Virus record (IMG/VR): IMGVR_UViG_3300017992_000055
Strand: one strand, 5' to 3'
Source: a virus
Length of the DNA: 37,176 nucleotides
Part shown: piece after piece, positions 1 through 8,388 of the stretch
How the letters are laid out: each line of letters starts with the position of its first letter
Numbering within the stretch: the first letter of the stretch is position 1
Made by a program: the position numbers and the translations under genes
Notes under the pieces: model-generated
Told to the model about the DNA's origin: nothing
Database searches by the model: none
What the model saw: the letters and a program-made list of their open reading frames with translations, nothing else

Positions 1-9
1 ATTTTGAAG

Positions 10-519
10 CTACGTCGTTCTCTGCTCATTCCTCTTCAGCGAAATGCGGCGAGGCGCCCTGTTCTCGGTGGCGTCTTCTTTGACCTCCGGCGGCTCCTCG
101 TCGTGGGTATGGTAGCGGGGGTGGCGATACAACACGCGATTCCGAACGGTTTCCTCGATCTTGACGATGTTGTTCATCAGGATTGCAGGCCCGCTTTCGG
201 ACTTGCTGTTGTACAGCATGATTGGAACCGTCTGGTCCCCGTCGCTAAGAGATATGTACCCCTCATCGTAGTCGCCCCAAGCACGCCCGGTCAGCGGGTT
301 GCCGTAGTAGATACGGAAGCGCATCCTATCGATGCGCAGCGCCAGGCGTATTTGGAAGAAATCGATGATCGCCCTAGGCACGTGTGGGCCGTAGAGCTCA
401 GGGTAGTACGTTGCAGCACGCAACTTAGCTCGAGAAATCGTAGATGGTAGCGTCGTCAGGGAGTCCTGGGTATCTTCCACAGAGGATCTTGAGCGCGTGT
501 TTGTAGGTGTCGACGACAT
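10..519 (-). CDS. hypothetical protein; the upstream part of the ORF overlaps the RNase H gene out of frame, so the start is uncertain (ATG at 519 or GTG at 480).
   Basis: Long minus-strand ORF in the supplied six-frame track; no recognisable motif. Confidence 0.3.
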   Translation of the reverse strand: MSSTPTNTRSRSSVEDTQDSLTTLPSTISRAKLRAATYYPELYGPHVPRAIIDFFQIRLALRIDRMRFRIYYGNPLTGRAWGDYDEGYISLSDGDQTVPIMLYNSKSESGPAILMNNIVKIEETVRNRVLYRHPRYHTHDEEPPEVKEDATENRAPRRISLKRNEQRTT

Positions 520-1066
520 CTTCTCTGGCTTGTCTTGAAACCTCGTCCACAAGGATGTTCAGATTCACGCGGTCGCGTTCGACGTGGTGAAACGTCATGA
601 CGAAGCCGCGCTTGCGGTACTCGTCGAAAGCGGACCACAGTTCCTGGTGTGAACGTCGCGACTCGGGCCGGTTGCCGGCCGTTGCCACGATCTTGCTGTC
701 AGTCACTATATGGATCTGCATCTGGCGGTTGACCGCCTGCAGTTCTCTTCGCCGGTGTCGTCCCGGGCCGTCTCGCCCGGTATACCAGCTCAGCGCATGC
801 AGATACGGAAACAGCTCGCCTAGCGTCACGGTGCCAGTATTCATGGCGCCGTAGAACAGCTTGCGCGCGCCGCTGTATCTGTCGATCAGTACGGCTGCCC
901 AGCCTGCACCCATCTTCCAGCCGAGCCCGGACCCATCACCGATGATGATGGTGTCCCACTCAGTTATCTTCAGGTGGGCGCGGAGGTCGGCCAAACTGGC
1001 CAGTCCGGGAAGCAGGTGCTTCTTGCGCTTCTTTGCCGCTGTGCGCGTTTTCGTCTCTGTTGTCAC
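425..1066 (-). CDS. ribonuclease H (RNase HI-like)
   Basis: Translation shows the RNase H signatures: IIIGDGSG...GWAAVL, a TDSKIV block, and a C-terminal HHVERDRVNLNILVDEVSRQA segment supplying the D/E/D/D catalytic residues. Confidence 0.7.
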   Translation of the reverse strand: MTTETKTRTAAKKRKKHLLPGLASLADLRAHLKITEWDTIIIGDGSGLGWKMGAGWAAVLIDRYSGARKLFYGAMNTGTVTLGELFPYLHALSWYTGRDGPGRHRRRELQAVNRQMQIHIVTDSKIVATAGNRPESRRSHQELWSAFDEYRKRGFVMTFHHVERDRVNLNILVDEVSRQAREDVVDTYKHALKILCGRYPGLPDDATIYDFSS

Positions 1067-1346
1067 TTTGTCTCGCCCTGACCGCCTCTTCGGCAGCCCT
1101 AAAGAACTGGGAGAGTCCGCGGCCTAGCACACCCGGCAGCTCAGCTGCTGTAGCGCCCAGGCGGCAGACTATAGATGGATCTTGCAAATCTCCGAAGGCC
1201 AAATGCGCCGGCACACCCGTAAGCTCTGGGGCGTACAGCAGCGCGACGGCAGCGCCGTCCAGCTCCGGAAACTCCTCGATCAGCTGTCCGAACATTTCGT
1301 GCAGACGTGCATTGATCTCTTCGTCGAATCGCTTACGTTCCGCCAT
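960..1346 (-). CDS. hypothetical protein
   Basis: ORF of 128 aa; its 3' end overlaps the RNase H start out of frame. Confidence 0.35.
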   Translation of the reverse strand: MAERKRFDEEINARLHEMFGQLIEEFPELDGAAVALLYAPELTGVPAHLAFGDLQDPSIVCRLGATAAELPGVLGRGLSQFFRAAEEAVRARQSDNRDENAHSGKEAQEAPASRTGQFGRPPRPPEDN

Positions 1347-1752
1347 CCGGCAATCGCTCCTTAATGAACCGCAGGATCTCAGCCCCTACCGCATCCCAGT
1401 CGAAGTATGGCCGACGGCCGTCCTCTGGGAAGATCAGCGGAGCGCCAGCTGCGGCGTCGTCGATGTAGTAGTGCGCGTATGCCTTGTTCGAAGTCGTCCA
1501 AGGTTGCGGGTTCTCATTCAGCAGATCGAACTCGACGCCGACCGATTCGCAGTAATCGACAGCCTCGGTCAGCACACTGCCTTCTACCTGATTGTCGCTC
1601 CGCATGGTCCAGAGGATGAGGGTCGCCCCTGCTTCCTTGAACTTCTTCAACCACTCCAGCGCCTGCGGCACGGGTGGGCCAACATCGGGGAATCGATGCT
1701 CTACGATCGTGCCGTCGAAGTCGACGGCGATATACACCTTACGTCCTGGCAT
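1333..1752 (-). CDS. HAD-superfamily phosphatase (5'-nucleotidase-like)
   Basis: HAD motif I (YIAVDFDGTIV) sits near the N-terminus when the start is taken at the internal MPGRK methionine. The ORF track extends the frame to 1812. Confidence 0.5.
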   Translation of the reverse strand: MPGRKVYIAVDFDGTIVEHRFPDVGPPVPQALEWLKKFKEAGATLILWTMRSDNQVEGSVLTEAVDYCESVGVEFDLLNENPQPWTTSNKAYAHYYIDDAAAGAPLIFPEDGRRPYFDWDAVGAEILRFIKERLPDGGT

Positions 1753-1765
1753 TTTGTTCCTGTGA

Positions 1766-1927
1766 TCAAGTTTCGTCCGGGTCGAATATCTCTCGATTCT
1801 CGTCCAGGACATCCAGCCGCCGTAGCGGCATGGCCTCAGCGCGGCGCTTGGCCGCGTCTACGTCCTCAGTGTCAACGACTGCCAGGGCGTCCATCGTCAC
1901 GCGTACGGGTATCTCAAAGGTAGGCAT
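1766..1927 (-). CDS. small hypothetical protein (53 aa, MPTFEIPV...)
   Basis: ATG at 1925-1927 preceded by a GGAGAA ribosome-binding site; it is the tail of track ORF 1766-2155. Confidence 0.35.
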   Translation of the reverse strand: MPTFEIPVRVTMDALAVVDTEDVDAAKRRAEAMPLRRLDVLDENREIFDPDET

Positions 1928-2295
1928 CAGTCGTTCTCCGGATCGTTGTCGATCGGCAGCGCTGCGGTGAGCGAGCCAATCAGTAGTGAAACACGGGTAG
2001 CCGCCAGGGAGTAGACTGGCAAGTACCAGACTACGTCCCACGGCGGCGACAGCCATAGGCTTGGTACGTAGAACAGCACCACGAGCCAGAAAGCAGCATG
2101 GTACGACAGACAGACGCGGCAGTTGACGAGCCAGGCCAGCTTGGCCCAGAACCAATCCCGCCGCGGCCGTTCGATCGGCTCCGCCATGACCGATATCCAG
2201 TCACGGAACTCTTCGAATAGCCCGCCTTTGTGCAGCCAGGCGTTCGCGAGAGCGCCCGTAGCAAGAAAGAGTACCACGAAGTCTAGCAGGTGCAT
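1927..2295 (-). CDS. integral membrane protein
   Basis: Several hydrophobic segments and a W...C..C motif in the translation. Confidence 0.4.
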   Translation of the reverse strand: MHLLDFVVLFLATGALANAWLHKGGLFEEFRDWISVMAEPIERPRRDWFWAKLAWLVNCRVCLSYHAAFWLVVLFYVPSLWLSPPWDVVWYLPVYSLAATRVSLLIGSLTAALPIDNDPEND

Positions 2296-2298
2296 GTC

Positions 2299-2529
2299 CT
2301 ATTTTCCTTTACGTCGACCTTGTCGTCGATCCTGGTCCGCTTGTGCGAAACCTTTGGCAGCATGGAACGCCATGAATAGCGCGCCACCAACGATCAGCAG
2401 CGGTATCAGCGACTCGATGCCAGCGATCATGAATGCGATCAGCAAAGCAATTGCGAGCATACCGGCTGCCATTTTCGCCCACTCGTCGAACATGAGTTCA
2501 GCCCTCTCAAGTCCATACGGTCTGGTCAA
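2299..2529 (-). CDS. small membrane protein (76 aa)
   Basis: Two predicted transmembrane segments (AAGMLAIALLIAFMIAGIESLIPLLIVGGALFMAF). Confidence 0.4.
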   Translation of the reverse strand: MTRPYGLERAELMFDEWAKMAAGMLAIALLIAFMIAGIESLIPLLIVGGALFMAFHAAKGFAQADQDRRQGRRKGK

Positions 2530-2589
2530 TATTTACAGCGAACCCCGCTGGGGCGCTACTTTCGGTCTTCGCATTCACGCAAGACCTAT

Positions 2590-2609
2590 GCTATCTTGCT
2601 ATAGATAGC
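2590..2609. promoter_or_regulatory. inverted repeat GCTATCT-n6-AGATAGC in the divergent region upstream of the terminase gene; candidate operator.
   Basis: Perfect 7-bp inverted repeat read directly from the sequence. Confidence 0.3.
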
Positions 2610-2742
2610 AAACCACCATACAAATTACCCAGACCACCAGCAGAGCGATCCAGAACTTCTTCGTATGTGACCAGACATGACCACAGTATCGTTCGAAGGA
2701 CTCGAACTTTTCCAGGTCATCACTCTTAGGACCATCCTCCAT
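2599..2742 (-). CDS. possible small membrane protein (47 aa from MEDGPKSD...) whose start is divergent to, and overlaps, the terminase ATG.
   Basis: C-terminal transmembrane segment FWIALLVVWVICMVVCYL; GGAGAG about 10 nt upstream of the ATG; shares a CATG with the terminase start. Confidence 0.2.
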   Translation of the reverse strand: MEDGPKSDDLEKFESFERYCGHVWSHTKKFWIALLVVWVICMVVCYL

Positions 2743-4636
2743 GTCTTCTGACTCTCCAGTCTTCGACGAACCGATTGCGCTAGAAGGACTCCTGGCGCAA
2801 GCGAAAACAGTGTTCAATCCCGATGAAAACTCTCGAATAACGTCCACCGACCAGGTGGCCGCCTACAATAAGCTGTTGCGCACAGGCCAGGTAGATACCC
2901 TGGCGCACGCGCTACCGCTTATGTTGAACCTCAAGGGTAATCCGTACACCCTGAACGACCACTTTCCTTTCGAGGAAATCTTCCGGTTCCACATGCCGTC
3001 GGCGCTGATCTACAAGACCGGCCGGCAGGTGTCCAAATCTACATCTCTGGCAGCGCACGGCGTCGTTACGTCGATCTCGCTGCCGAACATCACCACGCTG
3101 TACGTCATGCCGCTCTTCGAGCAGGTGCGCCGTTTCAGCACGATGTTTGTGCAACCATTCATCGACCAATCGCCGGTCAAGAAGCTCTGGACGGGCACGG
3201 ACACCGTGAACAGCGTGCTCCACCGCAGCTTCCACAACCATTCGAAGATGCTCTTCTCGTTCGCGTTCCTGAACGCAGACCGTATCCGCGGTATTTCCGC
3301 GGACAAGATGGCGGTCGACGAAGTCCAGGACATGAACCACGAGCACATCCCCATTATACGCGAAACGATGTCGGCAAGCCCGTGGGCCTTCCGACAATTT
3401 ACCGGAACGCCCAAAACGCTCGACAATACGCTGGAAGCGCTCTGGGGTGAGTCGTCCCAAGCAGAGTGGTTTGTGCCGTGCATGCACTGCACGACCAACG
3501 GCGCGCCGACCTGGAACATCCCCACAATGGAGTTCCACCTGGAGAAGATGATCGGGCCCTACCGCCCAGACATCTCCGAGGCGCATCCGGCAACGATCTG
3601 CCACAAGTGCGGCAAAGCGATCAGCCCACGCCTCGGCCGGTGGGTGCACAGATACCCTGATCGGATTTGGGATCAGGCGGGCTATCACGTGCCGCAGGTC
3701 ATAATGCCGCTGCACTATGCGAAACCTGACAAGTGGGCAGAACTACTTGCCAAGATGGCCGGTAAGGGCAACACCCCGCTGAACGTGTTCTTCAACGAAG
3801 TGCTGGGCGAATCGTACGATACGGCAGCCAAGCTCGTGACGCTGACCGAGATCGACGCGGTGTCAAACCTTGGCGAGAACACCATCAACGCAGCGCGCGC
3901 CCGCCGGGGTATGTACAGCATGGTTGTGCTGGCAGTCGACTGGGGTGGCGGCGGTGAGAAGGGCCTGAGCTTCACGACGGCTGCCGTGTTGGGTATGCGC
4001 CGAGACGGCACCATCGAGGTCATCTACGGCAAGCGCCTGCTGACGCCACACGACCACCTGCGCGAGGCTCGAGAGATCAAGCAGCTCTGGGAGATCTTCA
4101 AGCCCACGATACTGGCGCACGACTACACAGGCGCCGGTGCGCTCCGCGAGACGTTCCTGATCCAGGCTGGTGTGCCCACGCGGGCCACGATGCCTTGCCA
4201 GTACGTCCGCTCGGCGTCGCAGCAGCCGTGCTACCACGTGGCGCCTACGCTGCAGCACCCACGCTCGCACTACCGCGTTGACAAGAGCCGCTCGCTGTTG
4301 CTCACCTGCGCGATGATCAAATGCCGACGGCTCAAGTTCTTCAACAAGGACCACAATAGCAAGGAAGACCCAGGACTCATCTGGGACTTCTTGGCCCTGG
4401 TGGAAGACAAGGTCACCACGATGGCTGCGGGCGAGATCTACCGGATCACGAAGCAGCCGGGCTTCACCGACGACTTCGCGCAAGCTGTGAACCTGGGATG
4501 CGTCGCAATGTGGTATCGCACCCGCAGATGGCCAAAGCTTGACGAGATCGCCGAGTACGCCATCACGGACGACCAGCTACGCGCGTCGGTGCCGCAGCAC
4601 GACTCCGACTGGGACGACGAGCTACTGCCAGGCTAG
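2741..4636 (+). CDS. terL: terminase large subunit (ATPase plus nuclease)
   Basis: Walker A-like YKTGRQVSKST, Walker B MAVDEVQDM, and the nuclease motif VVLAVDWGGGG; 631 aa; the only long plus-strand gene in the window. Confidence 0.8.
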   Translation: MSSDSPVFDEPIALEGLLAQAKTVFNPDENSRITSTDQVAAYNKLLRTGQVDTLAHALPLMLNLKGNPYTLNDHFPFEEIFRFHMPSALIYKTGRQVSKSTSLAAHGVVTSISLPNITTLYVMPLFEQVRRFSTMFVQPFIDQSPVKKLWTGTDTVNSVLHRSFHNHSKMLFSFAFLNADRIRGISADKMAVDEVQDMNHEHIPIIRETMSASPWAFRQFTGTPKTLDNTLEALWGESSQAEWFVPCMHCTTNGAPTWNIPTMEFHLEKMIGPYRPDISEAHPATICHKCGKAISPRLGRWVHRYPDRIWDQAGYHVPQVIMPLHYAKPDKWAELLAKMAGKGNTPLNVFFNEVLGESYDTAAKLVTLTEIDAVSNLGENTINAARARRGMYSMVVLAVDWGGGGEKGLSFTTAAVLGMRRDGTIEVIYGKRLLTPHDHLREAREIKQLWEIFKPTILAHDYTGAGALRETFLIQAGVPTRATMPCQYVRSASQQPCYHVAPTLQHPRSHYRVDKSRSLLLTCAMIKCRRLKFFNKDHNSKEDPGLIWDFLALVEDKVTTMAAGEIYRITKQPGFTDDFAQAVNLGCVAMWYRTRRWPKLDEIAEYAITDDQLRASVPQHDSDWDDELLPG

Positions 4637-5346
4637 TCATCCCATTCCTCGATCCGGTAGCCAAGGAACTCGAACAGCTGATCGTTGGGCTCCCTGTAGA
4701 CGTCCGCCAGCCGCTGGCGCATCTTAGCGCGCATAGGCGGATACTTCCGTCGGTAGTTACGCGTATGGGGCAGCTTGCACCCAGCCAGCCCAAGCCACGC
4801 GAAGACGTCGTTCGTGGTGCGGGCGCTGTCAATACGCATGCGCTCGTTCACGATGATTAGCTGTTGCTCACGTGGGTAGAATTCCGTGAGTACCTTGAGT
4901 TGTTTAGCGTACAGCCCGCGTCGGATACAATCGAGCTCGCCGCGCAGCGTAAGCTCTTTGTCGACATCCGGCAGCTCTTCGTTGATAAACTCGCGGAACG
5001 AACGGCCTTTTGCGCTGCCGCCGCGCCGTGCTAGTTGGTACTGCGAGTAGCACCGATCAATCGGGTTACGTAGCACCATGATCAGCTTGACCTGCGGCAG
5101 CACTGTATGCATGCGGGCGATGTGCGTCCGGTGCAGCATGTATCCGGGTGTCTTCTCGCCGCAGACGCGTCCGCGACTGCCGTTGAACTGCCGTACGTAC
5201 CAGGCTACGCCGCGGTCCCAATGCATATCAAAGAAGTGCAGCTCCTTGCCTGGAAAATAGACGGCAGGATGTTGCTGCATATTGGACACCAGCGCGGTGG
5301 TGCCGCACTTCTGCGCTCCCGCTATCACAAAGTATGGTAGTTGCAT
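4633..5346 (-). CDS. PAPS-dependent sulfotransferase
   Basis: 5'-phosphosulfate-binding motif (AGAQKCGTTAL) and 3'-phosphate-binding motif (LRNPIDRCYSQY). Confidence 0.7.
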   Translation of the reverse strand: MQLPYFVIAGAQKCGTTALVSNMQQHPAVYFPGKELHFFDMHWDRGVAWYVRQFNGSRGRVCGEKTPGYMLHRTHIARMHTVLPQVKLIMVLRNPIDRCYSQYQLARRGGSAKGRSFREFINEELPDVDKELTLRGELDCIRRGLYAKQLKVLTEFYPREQQLIIVNERMRIDSARTTNDVFAWLGLAGCKLPHTRNYRRKYPPMRAKMRQRLADVYREPNDQLFEFLGYRIEEWDD

Positions 5347-5408
5347 AGCTACTCCTGGTTAAGGTCCGCCATGATCGTTGCACGCGCATAGGTACCTCCT
5401 TATGCATG

Positions 5409-5429
5409 AAAAAAGCCCCTTTCGGGGCT
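5409..5429 (-). terminator. rho-independent terminator (minus strand)
   Basis: Hairpin AGCCCC-TTTC-GGGGCT followed by T6 on the minus strand, downstream of the tRNA run. Confidence 0.5.
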
Positions 5430-5431
5430 AG

Positions 5432-5503
5432 GTGGCTGGAGGGATTTGAACCCTGCTCCTTCAGCGCCACAAGCTGACGTGCTGCCTGGTACACCACAGC
5501 CAC
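5432..5503 (-). tRNA. tRNA-His (GTG)
   Basis: Hand-fold: acceptor GTGGCTG/CAGCCAC, anticodon stem TCAGC/GCTGA, loop TTGTGGC, T-loop TTCAAAT. Confidence 0.5.
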
Positions 5504-5505
5504 AG

Positions 5506-5576
5506 TGGCCCCACTAGGAATCGAACCTAGACCTGACGGTTAAGAGCCGCCTGCTCGACCTTCGAGCTACGGAGCC
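5506..5576 (-). tRNA. tRNA-Lys (CTT)
   Basis: Anticodon loop CTCTTAA, T-arm TAGG-TTCGATT-CCTAG, D-arm GCTCGAAGGTCGAGC. Confidence 0.55.
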
Positions 5577-5597
5577 AATTTTGTTCATATGATCAAG

Positions 5598-5670
5598 ATC
5601 CGCCACACGGAGTTGAACCGTGTCCTCCGGCTTACCATGCCGGGCTCGTACCAGTCCGAGCTCTGGCGGA
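5598..5670 (-). tRNA. tRNA-Thr (GGT)
   Basis: Acceptor TCCGCCA/TGGCGGA, anticodon stem CCGGC/GCCGG, loop ATGGTAA. Confidence 0.5.
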
Positions 5671-5683
5671 AAACAGCCCTAAG

Positions 5684-5754
5684 ATCCGAGGGCAGGAATC
5701 GAACCCGCACCTGCTGAGTACGAAACAGCTGTTCTGCCGTTAAACTACCCCGGA
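5684..5754 (-). tRNA. tRNA-Thr (CGT), tentative
   Basis: T-arm GCGGG-TTCGATT-CCTGC; anticodon loop TTCGTAC on an imperfect stem. Confidence 0.35.
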
Positions 5755-5757
5755 TCA

Positions 5758-5859
5758 TCAGCGGAAGAGTATCCAAAACATGCCCAACACCACGATCCCA
5801 ACAATGACATCGCGCGCTACGTCAGGCCAGGTGGTGGCCTCCGCAAGCAACATTTCCAT
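5758..5859 (-). CDS. small hydrophobic peptide (33 aa, MEMLLAEATTWPDVARDVIVGIVVLGMFWILFR) lying between tRNA genes
   Basis: AAGGAGG ribosome-binding site 7 nt upstream of the ATG; single transmembrane-like segment. Confidence 0.25.
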   Translation of the reverse strand: MEMLLAEATTWPDVARDVIVGIVVLGMFWILFR

Positions 5860-5882
5860 GACAAACCTCCTTTGTTAGTCAG

Positions 5883-5953
5883 TGGTCCCACTAGGAATCG
5901 AACCTAGACCCGCTGCTTAAAAGGCAGCAGCTCGACCTTCGAGCTATAGGACC
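5883..5953 (-). tRNA. tRNA-Lys (TTT)
   Basis: Anticodon stem GCTGC/GCAGC, loop CTTTTAA; close paralogue of the tRNA-Lys (CTT) gene. Confidence 0.55.
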
Positions 5954-6195
5954 GTAAGTAGCGGTGGACGGATTCGAACCGCATCTTCCGCAGGGGCTAC
6001 CCACGGCGCTCTACCTGACGACTACCGACCCCGCAGCCCGTGGATGTGACGTCACCATCCGGGACCCGATCGCGCAGACGAATGTTCACGCCCTCGACGT
6101 GTACTTTGTCTCAGACGCTTCATTTGAGCTACACCGCCATAAGACGGCCGCTAGGACCACATCTTTCCTGAATGCGTTATTTCAGCACGCAGCCA
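5954..6195 (-). other. unresolved structured region with tRNA-like pieces: a T-arm GGTTCGAATCC with acceptor-like ends, D-arm-like GTAGCTCAAATGAAGC, and a GGATGTGAC...CATCC hairpin.
   Basis: No clean cloverleaf could be folded by hand; could be an intron-containing or degenerate tRNA, or another ncRNA. Confidence 0.25.
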
Positions 6196-6197
6196 AG

Positions 6198-6269
6198 TCG
6201 CTCCGCTCGGGGTCGAACCGAGACCACTGGATCATGACTCCAGCACACTGCCAATTATGTTACGGAGCA
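6198..6269 (-). tRNA. tRNA-Met (CAT) (elongator, or Ile2)
   Basis: Anticodon stem CTGGA/TCCAG, loop GTCATGA, T-arm CTCGG-TTCGACC-CCGAG. Confidence 0.5.
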
Positions 6270-6270
6270 G

Positions 6271-6340
6271 TCGGATGCCTGGGTTTCGAACCCAGCTCGG
6301 GGGCCTTATAAGAGTCCCCTAGGTCCCAAGCCTGCATCCA
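6271..6340 (-). tRNA. tRNA, possibly Ile (TAT)
   Basis: T-arm CTGGG-TTCGAAA-CCCAG and a good acceptor stem; anticodon arm GGGGACT-CTTATAA-GGCCCCC has one mismatch. Confidence 0.3.
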
Positions 6341-6889
6341 TCATAGCTTCACAGCCCAAGTCGTGTCCTCGAATACGTCGACGCGGTCCGCGAATTCCCT
6401 ATCTACTGCTTTCATCACGCCACGGAAGCGCTTGTCGTAGTCATGCCCGGCGATGAACCGCGTGCAATGCGGCAGCCACAGCTTGATTTGCCGTGACACA
6501 GCTGCGTCCGTATGCACAGCGTCGATGTACACGCCGTCGACCTTACCGATGAACGGTTCAACGTCCATGTCGAAGGCGTTTATCAGCATGACGTTACGCT
6601 GATTGTACGTGTTCTTGTGGGCTTGCGCATGCGCCCAGCGCATGTCGCGCGGATGCATCTCCGCACCGACACAGTCGCCAAGCGTTTTGTCGATTGTTAG
6701 TTCCCACGGATCGACGCCGAGCACGTAGTCGAAATACTTGGCGTGGACTAGTGTGCTTTCGCCCTGCCATACGCCCAATTCGACCAATGTTCCACCGCCG
6801 TACTTACGGCCAAACGCGTGCAGGCCTTCCGTTAGGCCGGGCGCGGCGCGCATGCACAATCTAGGATCGTCGAGCTTGTTCTTTGTCAT
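6341..6889 (-). CDS. class I SAM-dependent methyltransferase (O-methyltransferase-like)
   Basis: SAM-binding motif TLVELGVWQGEST, and a VYIDAVHTD acidic motif. Confidence 0.55.
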   Translation of the reverse strand: MTKNKLDDPRLCMRAAPGLTEGLHAFGRKYGGGTLVELGVWQGESTLVHAKYFDYVLGVDPWELTIDKTLGDCVGAEMHPRDMRWAHAQAHKNTYNQRNVMLINAFDMDVEPFIGKVDGVYIDAVHTDAAVSRQIKLWLPHCTRFIAGHDYDKRFRGVMKAVDREFADRVDVFEDTTWAVKL

Positions 6890-6900
6890 TTGTTCCTCCA

Positions 6901-6975
6901 GTAGGCGATGCAGGACTTGAACCTGCCGCCTCCACCGTGTCGAGGTGGCGCTCTGGCCTGATGAGCTAATCGCCT
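6901..6975 (-). tRNA. tRNA-Val (GAC)
   Basis: Anticodon stem CCACC/GGTGG, loop TCGACAC, T-arm GCAGG-TTCAAGT-CCTGC, D-arm GCTCATCAGGCCAGAGC. Confidence 0.6.
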
Positions 6976-7078
6976 GCGGATCCGGTAGGGGCTTGCCCGG
7001 GGCGGGGCCCCTAGGCCGGACTTCGAACCCGTATTATCGCTCCTCCATTCCCCTAGTTGTTAAGGAGTCCCGGATCAG

Positions 7079-7152
7079 TCTGGGTAGCAAGATTTGAACT
7101 TGCGTCCTCGCGGTCCCGAACCGCGCGCTCTGCCAGGCTGAGCTACACCCAG
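7079..7152 (-). tRNA. tRNA-Pro (CGG)
   Basis: Anticodon stem CGCGG/CCGCG, loop TTCGGGA, T-arm GCAAG-TTCAAAT-CTTGC. Confidence 0.6.
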
Positions 7153-7153
7153 A

Positions 7154-7744
7154 TTACAATTCTTGTATGCGTTCCTGCTTGAGCCACTTGCGTAGCAGCG
7201 CTTGCTCGGAATGCGCGTCGTGTCCTTTGAAGTTCGCATTGTACCCGAAGCAGGCGATCTTTATCGTCCAGTACGTGTACGCCGGATTGTCGACCAACCA
7301 CTTCAAGATCCAAACGCCCGCGCTCGGATTCACGTTCTGCTCTACACCGAAGTTGCGTTTGTATCGCCGTACCCACGCGCAATGGCGCCTGTCAACGAAT
7401 TCTACGCGCGATTCTTTGAGCGCCGGATAGCGTTTGAAGAACGGACAAAGGTCCATCTTGGTTAACTGGCTAGGCCGGAGCTTTTCGCGCTGTGACGGCA
7501 TAATCCACAGATGCGGCTGCGCTTTCACGACTTCTGGGACGAGCCTAAGGCGCCCCATCGCTATCAACTCTCCATGGCCTTTCGCTGCACCACGTAGCGC
7601 CAGGTGTGTCGTACGTTTGCCGATCAGCCCGGTCTCGTAGAACGGTGTCGTCTGGAAGCGCGCAACAGCGTCCGCCGCATCTATAGCTGCGGACATGTCT
7701 TCGGACGGCTTGCTGTTGCCGACTACGACGATGGTTTTTGACAT
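7154..7744 (-). CDS. putative CMP-sugar-dependent glycosyltransferase (Cst-like, GT42/MAF-type)
   Basis: N-terminal TIVVVGNSKPS...ID.AD.V.RFQ nucleotide-binding block and a GHDAHSE His motif; paralogue of 8379-9128. Confidence 0.4.
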   Translation of the reverse strand: MSKTIVVVGNSKPSEDMSAAIDAADAVARFQTTPFYETGLIGKRTTHLALRGAAKGHGELIAMGRLRLVPEVVKAQPHLWIMPSQREKLRPSQLTKMDLCPFFKRYPALKESRVEFVDRRHCAWVRRYKRNFGVEQNVNPSAGVWILKWLVDNPAYTYWTIKIACFGYNANFKGHDAHSEQALLRKWLKQERIQEL

Positions 7745-8388
7745 AATCCGGCTCCAACGTGCTCCGCAAGCTCCCAGTCAGCCTCGGTGTCAATGTCGAC
7801 CAGTTCGGTGCCGCGCACTTCTTGGAACCATGGATGGAAACCGATGCGCCGTCCGTGCTCACGCATGAAAGTGCGCCGAAGAATCCAGAAGCCATCCGAC
7901 TCAATGAAGATCGGCGCTTGCGTTTGCGTCGGCGGACATGTACGTGGGTCGTGGTTGATTGACTGGTAGTGGCAGTTCCACAGACGTCCGCGGACGGCTT
8001 GCATGCTGGCGGCCGAATCAAAACCGCTAGCGATGACAGCATTCATGGCGGTGCGGATACTGTCCACGCGAATGAACGGCGACGTCGCGTTCTTGATGCA
8101 GCACCACGTCGCTTTCTCTGGAACGGCCGCCAGCATATCGCGAAACATTCTGTTGCTGTCCTGTATCTCCATGACGGTCCGCTCGGGATACAGCACGACG
8201 TCGGACGGGACGTGATCCATGATGGCGGGTTCGCCGTAGACGCCGATCTCGTCGATAAGACCCTCTTCACGCAGCTGGCGTAGCGGTTCCAGCGTCCATT
8301 CGTACAGCGGGCGTCCGCACAGTTCGCGGAAGTTCTTGCCGGGCACACGCTCGCTGCGCATCTTCAGGGGTGTGACAGCTATTCGCAT
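7723..8388 (-). CDS. acylneuraminate/Kdo-type cytidylyltransferase (CMP-sugar synthetase, NeuA/KdsB family)
   Basis: N-terminal MRIAVTPLKMRSERVPGKNFREL, the characteristic CTP-transferase motif. Confidence 0.65.
   Translation of the reverse strand: MRIAVTPLKMRSERVPGKNFRELCGRPLYEWTLEPLRQLREEGLIDEIGVYGEPAIMDHVPSDVVLYPERTVMEIQDSNRMFRDMLAAVPEKATWCCIKNATSPFIRVDSIRTAMNAVIASGFDSAASMQAVRGRLWNCHYQSINHDPRTCPPTQTQAPIFIESDGFWILRRTFMREHGRRIGFHPWFQEVRGTELVDIDTEADWELAEHVGAGLCQKPSS

Noticed and set aside
2912-4483. Minus-strand ORFs inside the terminase gene (2912-3715, 3010-3525, 3863-4483)
   Set aside because: They are antisense to terminase, which has clear Walker A/B and nuclease motifs; they are high-GC shadow ORFs.
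5347-5400. Upstream ATG with a strong TAAGGAGGT Shine-Dalgarno site, in a different frame from the sulfotransferase start
   Set aside because: The sulfotransferase homology fixes the 5346 start, which has its own AGGAG site. The upstream ORF (frame of track ORF 5228-5503) may be a leader peptide but lacks support.
5964-6311. Plus-strand 115-aa ORF over the tRNA cluster
   Set aside because: It runs antisense through at least two tRNA genes and shows no coding signal.
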